A stretch of DNA of 64,000 nt. Source: Tubiluchus corallicola. Lineage: Eukaryota > Animalia > Priapulida. Shown here piece by piece: positions 1 through 13,000 of the stretch. The notes below the pieces were generated by a model. The model did no database searches. It was not told where the DNA came from and saw only the letters and a program-made list of their open reading frames with translations. Position 1 is the stretch's first letter, and each line of letters starts with the position of its first letter. The translations under genes and the position numbers were made by a program. The stretch is from assembly GCA_030141605.1 (NCBI GenBank), contig JAQGDQ010000163.1, positions 186,001 to 250,000 on the forward strand, in the 5' to 3' direction.

Positions 1-1679
1 AGGCATATTTTCTTGTGGAGAGAATATTTTGTAATGTGTCAGAAGAGGGATTGTATAGGTCAGTGCTATAAGGATACAACTTGGCTGTCTGGACAAGGCT
101 TCTTTAGCCATAACAACTCAAAAATTAGGTCTTTCTGTGCAGCAAGACTTCACAGTTTTACACAACACTACCTCGGGTAAGATCAGCACAGTACAGTGGT
201 TCTGTCTATGTTCTGCAAGTTGGGTACGGCAATGGTTAAGACTATATAAGCAAAAACGATTTTATTTCTTTGAAACATGCATTTAACACCTCATCCGGAT
301 CGCTGCTTATGTTACGCATCTCCTGTGTTTGCATTTATGATTTTTCTATAAATTATGTATGTGTAGTGCCAGACCTATTGGTAGTTCTTAGGTGCCCTCT
401 ATGAACTGATTTCTTTGTAGCAAAATAAGAGTTTAACTTTAATGTATCGACTTCCTAATGCCACATACATAGATGAATTTGATAAGTTCTGTTCTATCAA
501 AACTGCATGAACTTCTATGAACTGATAAGTAATGCAGTAAAATATTGCATATTAAGCATAATACTGTAATGTATTACATTTATATTTAAAAACTTAAGTG
601 TACTAATACATAAAACTTAACACTTTTTTCTCTATTATAAATTTTTAGCTTCTGTTTGTTATTACAATATCAATTATATTTCGAATAGACTTGTGTAATA
701 CATGCATTTAGCTACTACCTAAAACGCCAGAGAAACTTGGCATTAAGCGAGGTTCCCATTATAAAAGAGGGCGTTATAACAAGGTTTGATGAACAGTGTA
801 TATGAACACCTACTGTAGGAAAACACTGCATCCTATGTAACTTTTACAACAGTCACAGATGTTTGGAATATTGATGTAATGCCAAAACTTAAAGTACAAC
901 TGTTAATTTTTTGCATGAAAAATGAACGAAATGTGGCAGTCTTTATTATCGTATTTTACACACCTGATTAGTTATTTGGAATGATGAAATCATGTATTGC
1001 AAAAATCTTGTAAAGTCGGGAAAATTCTGGTGTTGCGTTAACCAGACATTTTGCACATAAAATGCAAAACAATGTGTAATTAAGACATGGATGTCTAACA
1101 GATATCCGCAAGTTTCGAGTGCAAATTTATGTTAATATATTGTAACTGTTTTCTTATCATTATAAGCACGATGCTTTGGTTTCGACGTAGCTTTAAATTC
1201 ATGAATTCGTAATGAATTGTTTGTAAGGAACTGTTTAGCACATAAGCTATTGTGATAATAATAGATATTATTATGATAATAATAGACGTTATTATTGATG
1301 TGCATGCGAAAAATTAGAAAAATTGAATAAATTTAACTTCATCATAAATCAAATGTAGCTGCTATACACTTTTTATTTCCACTTAGTTACCTAGTAGCTC
1401 TTATCCAATCGAAGTTTATCATAATTATAATTGTACAGCGGTAGTGATGTAGTTGATTTTGTACAGTGTGCACGGTCTGTGTAGAGGATTGTGACTAGAA
1501 CTCACTTTATGCGCTTTTGCTTCTGAACACACACACACTCTAATAGTTTCTCGATCACTTGTGCCTGGATCATCCTATTTGTTTAACACGTAACAATTTC
1601 ATCGATCGAATAAAGGGAACGGCTCCTAGTTGTATATCAGGACATTATGTGCACTGTACCATCAGAGTCAGAACAATCA

Positions 1680-2792
1680 TTACAAGCACTCACGATATCT
1701 ACTTTTTAGCTTGGAACATTCAAGATCAAGCGCAGATTTCTTTTCCTTTACAATAATATCTAATTGCGCTTTGGCTTTGGCAATGGTAATGCCATCATGA
1801 AAATGCAATTTTTCTTTTGGAATGTAAATGAAATTGGTGTGCAAAAGTTTTTCGATTCCCAAATCCCTTTCATGTCCTGTTTCAACAGTTTTTGCACTAG
1901 GGACTTCTGAGTTAGTAATTGAATCACTATTGCCTTTCGAAGAAACAAAAGGTAGCTGAATGTCTTTGTCACACAGCATCTGTTTTGGGTTGTTTTTTGC
2001 AGACTGGATTGTGGCTCCATCTATCCACCGCCAGAACAACGATTCTTGCTCTTTCCATTTTAGCAACAGACGTATTTTTCTGTTTTTCTCTTGTAGTGAT
2101 GCTACGTATTTTTCTGCAACGTCCCTTTTCCCTGGGTTAGCAAGCATGTAAGCATGCAGAGGTAACAAGTGAGGTATACCTCGCATGAGCTCCACCCCCA
2201 TAGTCTCCTCATTAATCTTGTGAATCAGTTTCACTTGTTCTTGCACAGCCGCATTGAAATTTTTCATTTCCATTTCCACTCGACCATGAAGCAACATGTA
2301 TCTTTTTGCACTGTCCTTATCACTGGCACTTGGCTCATCAAGAGGCACATCTTCTGTAACTGATAAACTGTCGAAATTTGGCAATAGATCACTCAAGTAC
2401 ATTCTGTCTTCTAAGCATGATTTTGCATACTTTTCAATCAGTCTTTGTTTTAGTATGAACCATCCAAGAGCAAGCACCAGCTCTCGACTACCGCTAGAGC
2501 CATCTGTTGGCAGGTGTTGAAAATTGACACTGCTGTAGCCAAGTTTATGCAAATTTGTCTTGACAAGCTGCACAAGGCATTCACGATCATTGCTATCACC
2601 CACGTCTTCTGCAGCAATTACAATACTACCTACATTCTGAAGCAGCTCGCAAAGCACTGCCCACATCGCCATGGTAACACCACATTCATCATGTTTCGCT
2701 TGTCGCAGCATTTCAGTTGACAGACGACTCTCCTCTAGAAATTCATTTAGGATGTCGCAAAACGTTTCCACTGCTTGCTTAACTTTTGACAT
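1680..2792 (-). CDS. TEDC1: Tubulin epsilon and delta complex protein 1-like (TEDC1/C14orf80), single coding exon, 370 aa
   Basis: Uninterrupted ORF. The N-terminal 'EMLRQAKHD...MWAVLCELL' and 'LGY..F..LPTDGSSGSRELVLALGWF' segments and later 'LLLKWKEQESLFWRWID' match my recollection of TEDC1-family motifs (GSRELLLALSWL; FW.WM). Confidence 0.8.
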   Translation of the reverse strand: MSKVKQAVETFCDILNEFLEESRLSTEMLRQAKHDECGVTMAMWAVLCELLQNVGSIVIAAEDVGDSNDRECLVQLVKTNLHKLGYSSVNFQHLPTDGSSGSRELVLALGWFILKQRLIEKYAKSCLEDRMYLSDLLPNFDSLSVTEDVPLDEPSASDKDSAKRYMLLHGRVEMEMKNFNAAVQEQVKLIHKINEETMGVELMRGIPHLLPLHAYMLANPGKRDVAEKYVASLQEKNRKIRLLLKWKEQESLFWRWIDGATIQSAKNNPKQMLCDKDIQLPFVSSKGNSDSITNSEVPSAKTVETGHERDLGIEKLLHTNFIYIPKEKLHFHDGITIAKAKAQLDIIVKEKKSALDLECSKLKSRYRECL

Positions 2793-2857
2793 GACTTTTT
2801 ATGTAAAACAGCACAATCAGAATTGAAGAACTCACTGACTTTGCATTATGCAATACT

Positions 2858-5800
2858 CTACATCACAGATGTTTCATCTGATAACATTTGACATTCCCTC
2901 AGTCCCTACAATAAAGAGAAAATAGGGCTTAAAAACCTCTGGCAAGTTCTGAAATAGTGAGTACAGACATACTAGACGACATTACCAAGAACTATGAAAA
3001 AGTGACACGTTTTTCCTTAATATTTTAGCGAAATAATATACAGTAACTTACGTATAACTCGAACACCTCAGGACCGGAAAACGTGCTCGAGTTATGCAAA
3101 AGTACGAGTTAGACAATGTTTGTAAGAAAACAAGATTGAGTTGCTCATCAATGTCAGAGAATCCACTAATAACATTACAATCTGAGAAAATGATAAATTG
3201 GACCTTTAATCAAATATCAAACTTCAGTTTATATGAATAATCAGTAATAAAATGATTGGTCCACCTCTATTGTAGTCTGAGTAGCATGGTTAATAGAATT
3301 CGGCAATAATAATAGCGTTATCTAGTTATTAAAACATGTTTGTCAAGCCATGTTGTGGTCAGTGTTTTGCTAAGGTAATACAAGAAATCTTAGCATTACT
3401 GCCGAACAAACAGTTAAAATCGTAATGTGATGCACACTTTTGTGTAAGATTTCTCGCTTGGGAGGCTGTTCGAGATAATTTCTGTCAGATTCTTAATTGT
3501 ACCAGGAATTTAGTTCGAGTTACGCAATAACTTGAGTTACATGATGTTTGGTAAAGGGAAAATCCATTCCATCAGATCTGTTCGAGATACGAAAGAACTC
3601 GCTATACCTGTTCGAGTTATATGTTGTTTACTATATTTTAACCATATGATCAATTGCTGAACATTGCAAAGACAGCGAAGCTTAGAAAACAGTATGAACA
3701 CACCTCTAATACCAGGCCTATATGAGCTTTTATCTGATTGCTATCTCTGGTCTGTATATTGGTAATGTCTGTAAGAAACTCGATCCGTTTCTCAATAAAC
3801 TTGAGCGCTTCTTCAAACTTATACTCTACGTAGATTCCAAATCCAATGTACACAGTGATCCGTGATGGATTCGAACTGAAATACAAAATTTTACCCACAT
3901 TTAAACTATTCTTTCATCCGCTCACATTTGTCTTTTAAATTTAACACTAAAATGCTGCATTCTACGAAATTCTCAACAGTTAACATACACATTTCATGTT
4001 TCTGCATTAGTTTGGTGAGTATTGAAGAAGAAATTACACTTCAGTCTTTTTTCAGAATAATTAAACTAGCGTCTGAGACATAGCCGGACACAATTTCAAA
4101 CAGACTCTCTATTATAGGGATGCACCAAAACCCAATTTTACCGAACTGAACCAGTACCGAATTTTTCAAAACTTTTTGCCAACCCAATTTAAACTGAATT
4201 TCTACTATTTCTTTTTGCCGAAACAGAGTTGAGCCGTATTTCACACATTTTTTTACTGAAACCGAATTCAGCCATTCAGAAATTTTTTCCCGAATCGTTA
4301 ACTTGTAGTAATAAATTTCGATAGTTCCAAGTGTCCTCAGCAAGCTTTTCAAATGGGTTTTATTTTCACAATTGGAGAGGTAAAATTTTTGTATTACGTA
4401 ACCTCCTTGATAGGTCTAGTGCACGATACTTTCCAGCACAATACTAGAAAGCTACTGGGATGAGTTAAACTTACATAACACCCTGTACGTAGTTATTGCA
4501 GCCAATGTCAACTTGAGTTTTCAGTGGTTCTCCTGGTGGATGATTTGTCTTTATCTTTTCTATTACGTTACGCAGCTGCAGATATTCACTGATCTGTTCA
4601 TACACCTTGTCACGATCATCTAAAATTTTCCTGCAAAAAAATAAGGAACCATATAGGTTTTGCAACAGGATAAAACAAAGCAAATCGGAAAACTCTGACC
4701 CAACAATAACAAAAACACAAAACCAATGCTTTGAAATGAAGCTATTTCAGCTCCCGAAGCCAAACTGTATTGTGACTATATTTGCTTAAGGTTCTTAATA
4801 TGTGTGGAAGTGCACAAGATGTTTTATAATAATAATGCCCGAAAAACATTAACAGGGTTTAATGTTTGTAAGTTGTAAATTTTACTATAGTCAGTAGTTA
4901 CTGTAGTACAAGAGCAGTACAGCCAATGTGTTTCATAACATATTTCAACAATCTTCTGAATTCTGTTGTAATGCTATGAAACCTTGGAAATACTTTCCTT
5001 GAATTTGTAAAACGTAGTTTATAAAAAGCTTCCGAGTTTCACTTTACACAAGTTGATACAACACAAGTATTGTAACTGAAGAAATGCTTTCTGTTGTTGG
5101 TGGAGCTGCAGTGCTGGTTCACTCTGCTATACTTGGTTCACTAAAATTGAAAATCGTCCACGACAGTAAAACCACAAATTAAGTGCTGCTACAAGTGAAA
5201 AAGATGCGCACAGGTCTGTGCTCTTGCAGCTGTCTATTGAACAAAAATCTGCCACGTGTCACACTAGGGATGGGATGAAGCTTTGCTACTCTGGACCCGG
5301 GTTTTATTTTAACTGCTTTGGATCCGATTTGGGTTTTGTAAAAAAACTTTATAGTTCTTGTTTACTCAGATTAAGGAGTAAGTCCACTGCCAACTAGTGT
5401 TGTAAAAATTTATGTAATTTCCCTTCATTCCTGTTTGATCTCTAATAAAAGTTAAATTTTGTGATGAGCACTTCATCATGTTGACACCTTTAATATGATA
5501 AGTTCCATAAAAAATATACACTACGTAAATGATGTTACTTTCAATAGTGACGCAAGATTTCGCATAGATTGTGTTTCTAAACACAGATGATATTTCAGCA
5601 GGCATTGTGTTTAGTTTCATTTTTACTTTAAAATTTATTAACTTAGTTAAAATAAGAAAGTGCAGTCATAAAATATGCCAACATTTCTCTGAAATTTTTC
5701 ATACGTAGTAGCACGCACATTTCGCTTAGTAATGCATTATTTTCTAGATGACAATAAATAAAGACAAAAGCAAGCTGAACATAAACTAAAGAAAAACTGA

Positions 5801-6866
5801 ATTAAAGAGTAAGTCTGAATTAAGAAACTTTACAGTGATTAGTAAGACCATTATGTTTCAACAAAACATCTTAATCCTAAACAATAAAACTGCAGTGATC
5901 CTAAGACGAAACACTTAACTTTAGCATTAATTTACAAGATTCAGATTAAATCTGGTATTGAAAATTGAAAGCGAATTAAACATTTGTATTTGATTCTGTT
6001 TCGTAAACTGCAATGTAATGTAATGTAAGATTTGGATTCAATTCAGTTTTGGAAAATTAAGCTTCGTAACACTCACAAGTCACACACATTTAATATGTTT
6101 ACGTTGCAATTTACGAAGCTGTACATCACCAACAATCATCGAAAATTACTAACAGAATTAGTGTTTCTGTAGTAGACGTCATGCAAAGTTACTGAGCACA
6201 ATATAATTCTTTATAACTGCACTCTGGTACTGTTTGACCCTCACTATTGAAAGCTAGGGTCACTCAAATATTCCGGAAAGGATGAGTGGTCAAGTTGCAA
6301 TTAACTTAAAAACTAATAAATAATTTGTATTTGTGAATGACAGGAATCCAAATGAAATACTTTCGCTGGTGCCTGAGAACACCCAAGCATGATGCGCACG
6401 TACTGCGTGGTCCTGTACTAACTTATCATATCGTGAACTAACTCGCCACGTACCATGACTCTATGCAATGCAGTGTGGTAACATGCCAAGGTGGTACGCT
6501 GCGTCGGAGTATCTGGCGAGGCGTAACACTGAGGTAAGCAAGCGCGGACATCCCACGTCATGTTCCTACCTGAGTAAGGCTGTTCAGTATGCGTGACATA
6601 GGCTATTTCATAGTATTGCAAATGCAGGAATAACTTGCACAGATAGATAGATAATTTTAATTATCTCTTGTAATACACGCAAAAAACAATTACATAGCAA
6701 AAATAAATTGTAAGTATTAGACAGATAGAGAGTATCTCATAATAGAATAAACACCGTACGAACGCATAAAGTCTTAAAGAGCTTACTTTAAGTCTTCTTT
6801 TAAAACTTCATTTACGAACTTCTCATACTTCAAAACCTTTTCTGGTATTTCCTCACCGTCTGACAT
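2858..6866 (-). CDS. UXT: UXT (prefoldin alpha-like subunit), 4 exons, 151 aa
   Basis: Exons 6866-6787, 4630-4475, 3875-3704, 2905-2858, all GT-AG and phase-consistent (456 nt). Translation [54 protein letters not shown]...[32 protein letters not shown]...[24 protein letters not shown] matches UXT motifs. Confidence 0.93.
3039..3635. mobile_element. Degenerate Tc1/pogo-type MITE in UXT intron 3
   Basis: Imperfect terminal inverted repeats (tacagtaacttacgtataactcgaacac ... gttcgagttatatgttgtttactata), TA-flanked, with internal repeats of ttcgagtta. Confidence 0.5.
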
Positions 6867-7884
6867 GGTAGGCCTCAACCCCACAAAAGTTTGTTAGAAA
6901 CAGCGCCGCTCAAGCGTGGTAAGCTTTATTATGAGAAACAGAATTTACGAAAAACAACAACCGAACAACGACTATGCACTCAATTCATTTTGATTCGTTT
7001 TTGTTTTATAAGTACTGTACACTCGTTTAGAATTTTAAGATGATTCGGAACGTCTTACCTTCTATTAGTTCGATGTAATTATTAATCGTCTTACGAAGGT
7101 TTTTTTAATATTATTGAATTATGGGTTTTGTCTTAGTGATGACTGACGAGTGCATTATTTACTTATCTTAGATACTTTAAAAAAACTTAAATAAGGTCCT
7201 TCTAACACAAGTTTAATCCTTAATGACAAAAAAGAAAACTCTAAGCTAAGACAATTAATGAAGCAACAGGGGCGTCTTATCCGGTTTGTATCTGCAGGCA
7301 ACCAAGAATAAAAGCTACATACTTGACAGTCACCCATTCATTTACTAACCAAATTTGGTACTGCTTAACAATCACATATTAGGCATAGTGTGTGCACTGT
7401 GACCACCCTGTTATTTATTTCTCTATCTGCTTTGTTGTACTTTCTGGGTTTATAAGATATAAATAAAATATAATAGCCACTAAAAATGTGGTTTTTGCTA
7501 TAATGAGTCAGTTAGCTAGATAGATACGTGGACTCCAGTCACCAGCAATGAGTTCTGATGAAAGCTGGATCAGTAATTAAGTGCTGTCACAGATCTATAG
7601 AAGATTTCATAGTCTGTTGGCAAGATCATTCCCAGGCAATTAAGTGCAGCCTGCCTTTTATTATGCTTTGTCCTAGTGCTGGCGTAGTACCGGTACTAGT
7701 ATCCATAACTGCAGAATTGCCAAATCGTAGCCAATGGTGGCAGTGGAAAACAGGAGGTACAGATTCAATAATCCTGTTATGGCTTCGGTTCCATACCCTG
7801 GAAGGGACACCATATTTCCAGGGTGCAGGACCACACACTTTTAATTAACACCCTTGTCATTAGGGGTGAGCAATCTCTGCCAGA

Positions 7885-8025
7885 AAATGAATCGAACCGA
7901 GCTTCATTATTTAGAATTCGGATCGAAATTGAAAGATTTTTGAACAACAAGATTTCGAACCACAAGTAAAAATTAGTCTTACAAAGATCGTGCATATTAC
8001 ATTGTCCTAATACAATGATACACAC
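7885..8025 (+). repeat. Partial copy of the dispersed repeat also at 14780-15115 and 19215-19545
   Basis: Shares 'agatttcgaa...gtaaa...agtctt.caaagatc.tgca.att' with the other two copies. Confidence 0.45.
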
Positions 8026-10009
8026 TGGAATTATAATGATAAAGACACAGATGTCATCTATGAAGTCATGGACTAGAAAATCATACTACCCTATGTATAG
8101 AGGGGATATCAAGGCTTGAAGCACTTGAAAATCAAAACCCAGACTCAGTCGAGCTGCCACATTCGACTCTTTAAAGTTGTTGACAGTCTTGATCAAGCAA
8201 CATTGACAATGTGGAGCACACCTGTGGTGCCTTGGTGTCTCATTTTCAAGTGTCGTGAAGCCTTAGCTACAGTCAATGAGACAATATCCATGTATTCTAT
8301 GACACACTCAAATACAGTCACAGAAGTGTCTATTGAACCCACACATCATACAATCATCAAAGAATGGCACCACTCCCTTTAAGTGCAAACATAACATTTC
8401 CTCAATGTAGGTAGAACATTCCACAAACTATCTCAAGTGATCATCTTATCCCTTGTTCTAAGGCACTTCAGGATCTTTCCCAAAAGCACAGTGAACTGTG
8501 CCTTGAATCTCTGCCCTGAGTCTTCTGGCCAAAGAGAAGACTTGGATTTCAGGAGTCCTGACCTGCCTTCTTGAGAAAGACACAAGCATAGGAAACCAAA
8601 CATGTTTTGCAGTTCAGTACAGCAAACAGGGACCTTTCCTGCAGTATTGCAAAAAAATTGATGTTCTCCTTGCTTTCATCCTGCAATTCTACTCTGATTG
8701 GTCTATCAATTAAACTGCTAATGACTCCAACCCGATGATTTGTTTGCCATTATTGTTGTAGGCAAGCAGGAACTTATCTTCAGTACTATAATGTCTAATA
8801 TCCATCTCGTTATTGTTTCACATTATTCAAGAATATTTCTACCGAGGTTGGGCACCACCTTGATTTTTAATGTTCTATATCCACTTTTTTGACCCCGCAT
8901 GCACTATAAGCTCTGTAAGGTGCTGGTGCTGTCATAGGCCATCATTTTCTAGCATCATCAGCCATCAGGAATGCACATCATCTTTATAATCTTTCTGCAA
9001 CTGCCTGCATCAGCAATTCAGCATGTACGTAAGTTTGAAAAAACAGAGTCCTCACAACTCCCGGTGGTGATGTCCTCCAGATTTCAAAGCTCTCACTCAC
9101 CTAGATAGTATCAACTCCATTTCTACCACATTAACTATGAGATCTTCCAACATGACAGTTGTTCCTATCTTAAATTACATGCCTCAAAGCTCGATATACA
9201 AGCAGTAATTTACGAAATTTGTAAAATAGAACGTGTTATGTCTAAAAAAAGTAGTTATGTGCAAGCTGCTTGTATTTTAACTCCCTATTATAGCCATGAA
9301 GCCCGGACAATGTGGTGCTGCAGCAAATTCTTGAACATACTAGTCCTACATGAGGGTATTGTTCAACATACTGACCTTCACAAGGCACAAGCTTCGAGTG
9401 CATGTGCCTGTGCACTGCACCAACTCTTTGTTTCTGACTGTACCTCTAGGTTATCAAACAGGTCATTTTTTTTAATTATGACATTGTGAGACATGAAGGA
9501 TTGAAGGATCGGTGATGGGAGGAAGAGAAATGATAGTAACAAGCCAATAACAATTGCTCGACCTTGGAAATGGCATTTTTGTTCAGCTGTTCAAAGACTT
9601 CGACACTGAGACAGAATCCATCACCCACAAGATAAACCACAAAAAAGTGATCGTAATCATGCTGCATAGCTACATACGACAACTAAATATTCATTGCGCC
9701 CAGGTAATCCTCTTGTTTATAATTACGTAGGCTTCTTTTTGCCAATTGCATGTTTGTTTATCAAATTTGTGCCAATATACAAATTTTAATTTATTAAAAC
9801 TTTCTATAAGCTTTGCTTTATTTCGTGATCAAATGCTTTTCAGTATTTCAGATTTTCTTGCGTCCTTTATAGGAATTTGCATTGCCAAAATTTAGTAAAG
9901 TTTACTCGGTAGAACTGACCTTCTTTTGCAAAAAACACAACGTGAAATAAATTGGCGTCAAAGTACTTGCCTATTGCTATGAGACGCTAGTGCCACCAGA
10001 ATTTGTAAG

Positions 10010-13000
10010 ATGGCAGAGTTACTTCTAGATTCAGATATTCGTTTATGGGTTGTGCTGCCCATTGTCATCATTACATTTTTAGTTGGAATAGTTCGTCACC
10101 ATGCTACTATTCTGTTTCAGTCTTCAAAAAAAGTAGAATTACAACAAGTTGTTGATAGGCAAGTTTGAGTAGCATAGAGTTGTGTTATTTACATTAGTTT
10201 AGGACATAAAAATATGACGTTTTGTTATATAAGTTATCACACTATGGTATCGGGGACGCCCTCTTACTCTTTTCACGTCTTACCTTACTAACAGTTTACG
10301 TCTATTGATTCATCATAGTCTAAACTTGCAGATATAACCTGTGGTGTTCCACAGGGTTCTACATGGGTCCATTGCTATTTCTTTTATATATTAACGATCT
10401 GCCATATTGTTCTCAATTTAACTGGACAAAATTAATAAATGGATGCAAGCAAATAAGCTATCAATGAATTATAAAAGAAACAAAATATATGTTAATTGGA
10501 AGCAAGCAACATAACAATAGTTTAAACATAAATATGGGAGTTGTAATATTCAATCTAGAAATCAAATATCTTTCCCATCTTTTAATTGCCAGTTACACAC
10601 GTCAACCGAATACAAATTTAAATTGCGAACGGTGCCAAAATTGATTTTATTTAATCGTAGCTATTTAAGGGTGGCTGACTAGATAACCTATGGGTTCTTT
10701 GCTGCAAACGTATTGCATGTATTCCTGATACTGTATTTTGATAATTCTTGCGGAGTTAATAAATAAATTGAATTGAATTGAATTCATACAGCAACTGCTT
10801 AGAGTGGTTATTATTTTAGGCTTTGAATTTTAAACGGCGCTTACATGCGTGGTTGCCAAAAACCGCCTAAACTGCAATTGTACCACGTGTGAATACGGTA
10901 CCATAATTACCGCGTATTCAATGGAACATGTACAGTTAGATTGCTTTTGGCAAATGCTTAAAAAAGCAATAACCCTAAACTAAAAATAATCGACTTTGTG
11001 AATGGAATTCATATAAGCCCTGTTGATTCATGAGTTCTTCATGACATTAATTTTAATCATGGCAAAAAATGTAGGCCTCATTCTTATAAGACTAGCTACT
11101 GTCAGTTTTATCGTAACAGCGACTTATTGGTGTGCTGCATTTTAATTTATTATAGCTGTTTGTGAATTTTACCTTATTTCATGTTCTTTTTTGAGATTTT
11201 CAATTCTAAAATTTGATTAAGTTTAGTTCGTTGGAGTTGGGCTTCTTCAGAAAAAAAATAATGTGAAATAAATTTCATAAATGCATTGATGAACAAACAC
11301 TCAATAGGTTTTATTGTACTTTCTATAGCTTTTTTTGTTACTGTATTTTCTTTTGCAGCCAAGTCATGATTAGAAGCAAACTTTTGCGGGAAAATGGCAA
11401 GTACATACCAGAAAAATCCTTCCTCATGCGAAAATACTTTCTCAACAATCCGGAAACTGGATTCTTTAAAACACAGAAGCGAAGCGCCCCTGCACAAAAC
11501 CCTATGACAGGTACGGTATGACAGTATCGTTTTTGATACATATTGTGTTATGCCATAGATCTGATAATTCCACAACTTTTCTGGATGTGCTAACGACAGC
11601 GCAAATGGAGTTCATTTTGTTACAAATTACGTTTGTGTTAGCTTAGCAATAATATTTGTAATTTGTAGGCTGTAAACCTAAACCGGTATTTTAAACACTT
11701 TACTATTGTCTGTTTATAGAAAATTCATAGAGAAAATATAGAAGCATTGTTAAGTTAGCATTCCTCTGAAATGGATGTTTGTTATTATATTGAATTTATT
11801 CATCAAGAAACACTACATATTATATAAATTTTATGCCAGAATTCCCTGTAATTTAGCAAATTTTGGTCTGTTGATCATGCATGTCATGTCAGTTTTTGGC
11901 TTAGATGGGCATTACCATTTTTTCTGTCACTTCAAACTGTAAAGTAAGAATATGACAAAATGGCATCTTGAAGCAAACACATTTGATAATTGTCTCTTCT
12001 TCACGTCTCTTCTGCACGCTACTTTGTCCACGTTTTTTCTGTCATTATTTTTAAGCTAAACAAAAAAAATGGTGAACCAGGAAAACACTGTTCAATGGTG
12101 AAATTGTGATGGATAACGAGTGACTTCTATACATCTATATTTTCTACTGACACTCAGTATAAATGCTCATTTCAGACCCGTCAATGATGACAGACATGCT
12201 AAAAGGAAATCTGACCAATGTCCTTCCAATGATTATTATAGGCGGCTGGATTAATTGGACATTCTCTGGTTTCGTAACCAGTAAGTAAAATGCATCGGCT
12301 TTATTACTGTATGGTCATATATTCTAATACTTTGGCTTGGAGGGTAAGAAAAACCTTATGAATCTTTAAAGTCATGACTGTCATTGCCGTTGTTGTTGCT
12401 GGGCCTTCCAGATATAGCGAGTTGATTTTTTAATACAGATTTTGTAATTAAAAGCTTGAGCACTATAATTATTTTTAATTTTTTTTAATGAAGTATGGTG
12501 CCAATGCTGACAAAATATACTTCCTGATTAGTTAGTTTTTTATTTTTAAACTCACTAAGCATTAGAAGTTCCATTTTTAGAGAATTTTGTGAGTCAAGAA
12601 CATGAGATTTATATATATGTGACATTGACATTAATGTGTTTGTCATTTATGCTTCGATGTAATTACTATTTTACTCTATTTTCCTGTAATTTTTTCACTA
12701 CATTTTCTCTTTATCCCAAAAATTTATACACTTTGGTTTGCAATGTGTCTTATTTTCCAGCAAAAGTTCCTTTTCCACTCACGCTCAGATTTAAACCAAT
12801 GCTGCAACGAGGAGTAGAACTTGCGTCACTTGATGCCTCTTGGTAAGCTCAAAATGTCCACACAACATTAATGGTTTAGTTATGATTTTCATATTAGTCA
12901 GTTAAGGAAAGTTGTAGCAATATGCATAATCTTTTTTTGGTTGGTTTCTTACAATGTAGAAGACTGACTTATGGGAAAACACTAATAATACGGAAGTGTA

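Noticed and set aside
1-180. Open frame 1 (59 codons) at the window edge as the end of an upstream gene
   Set aside because: No recognisable motif; the length is compatible with chance.
7500-9700. Gene between UXT and EMC3
   Set aside because: Only short unrelated ORFs; looks like old TE debris, but no motif was clear enough to call.
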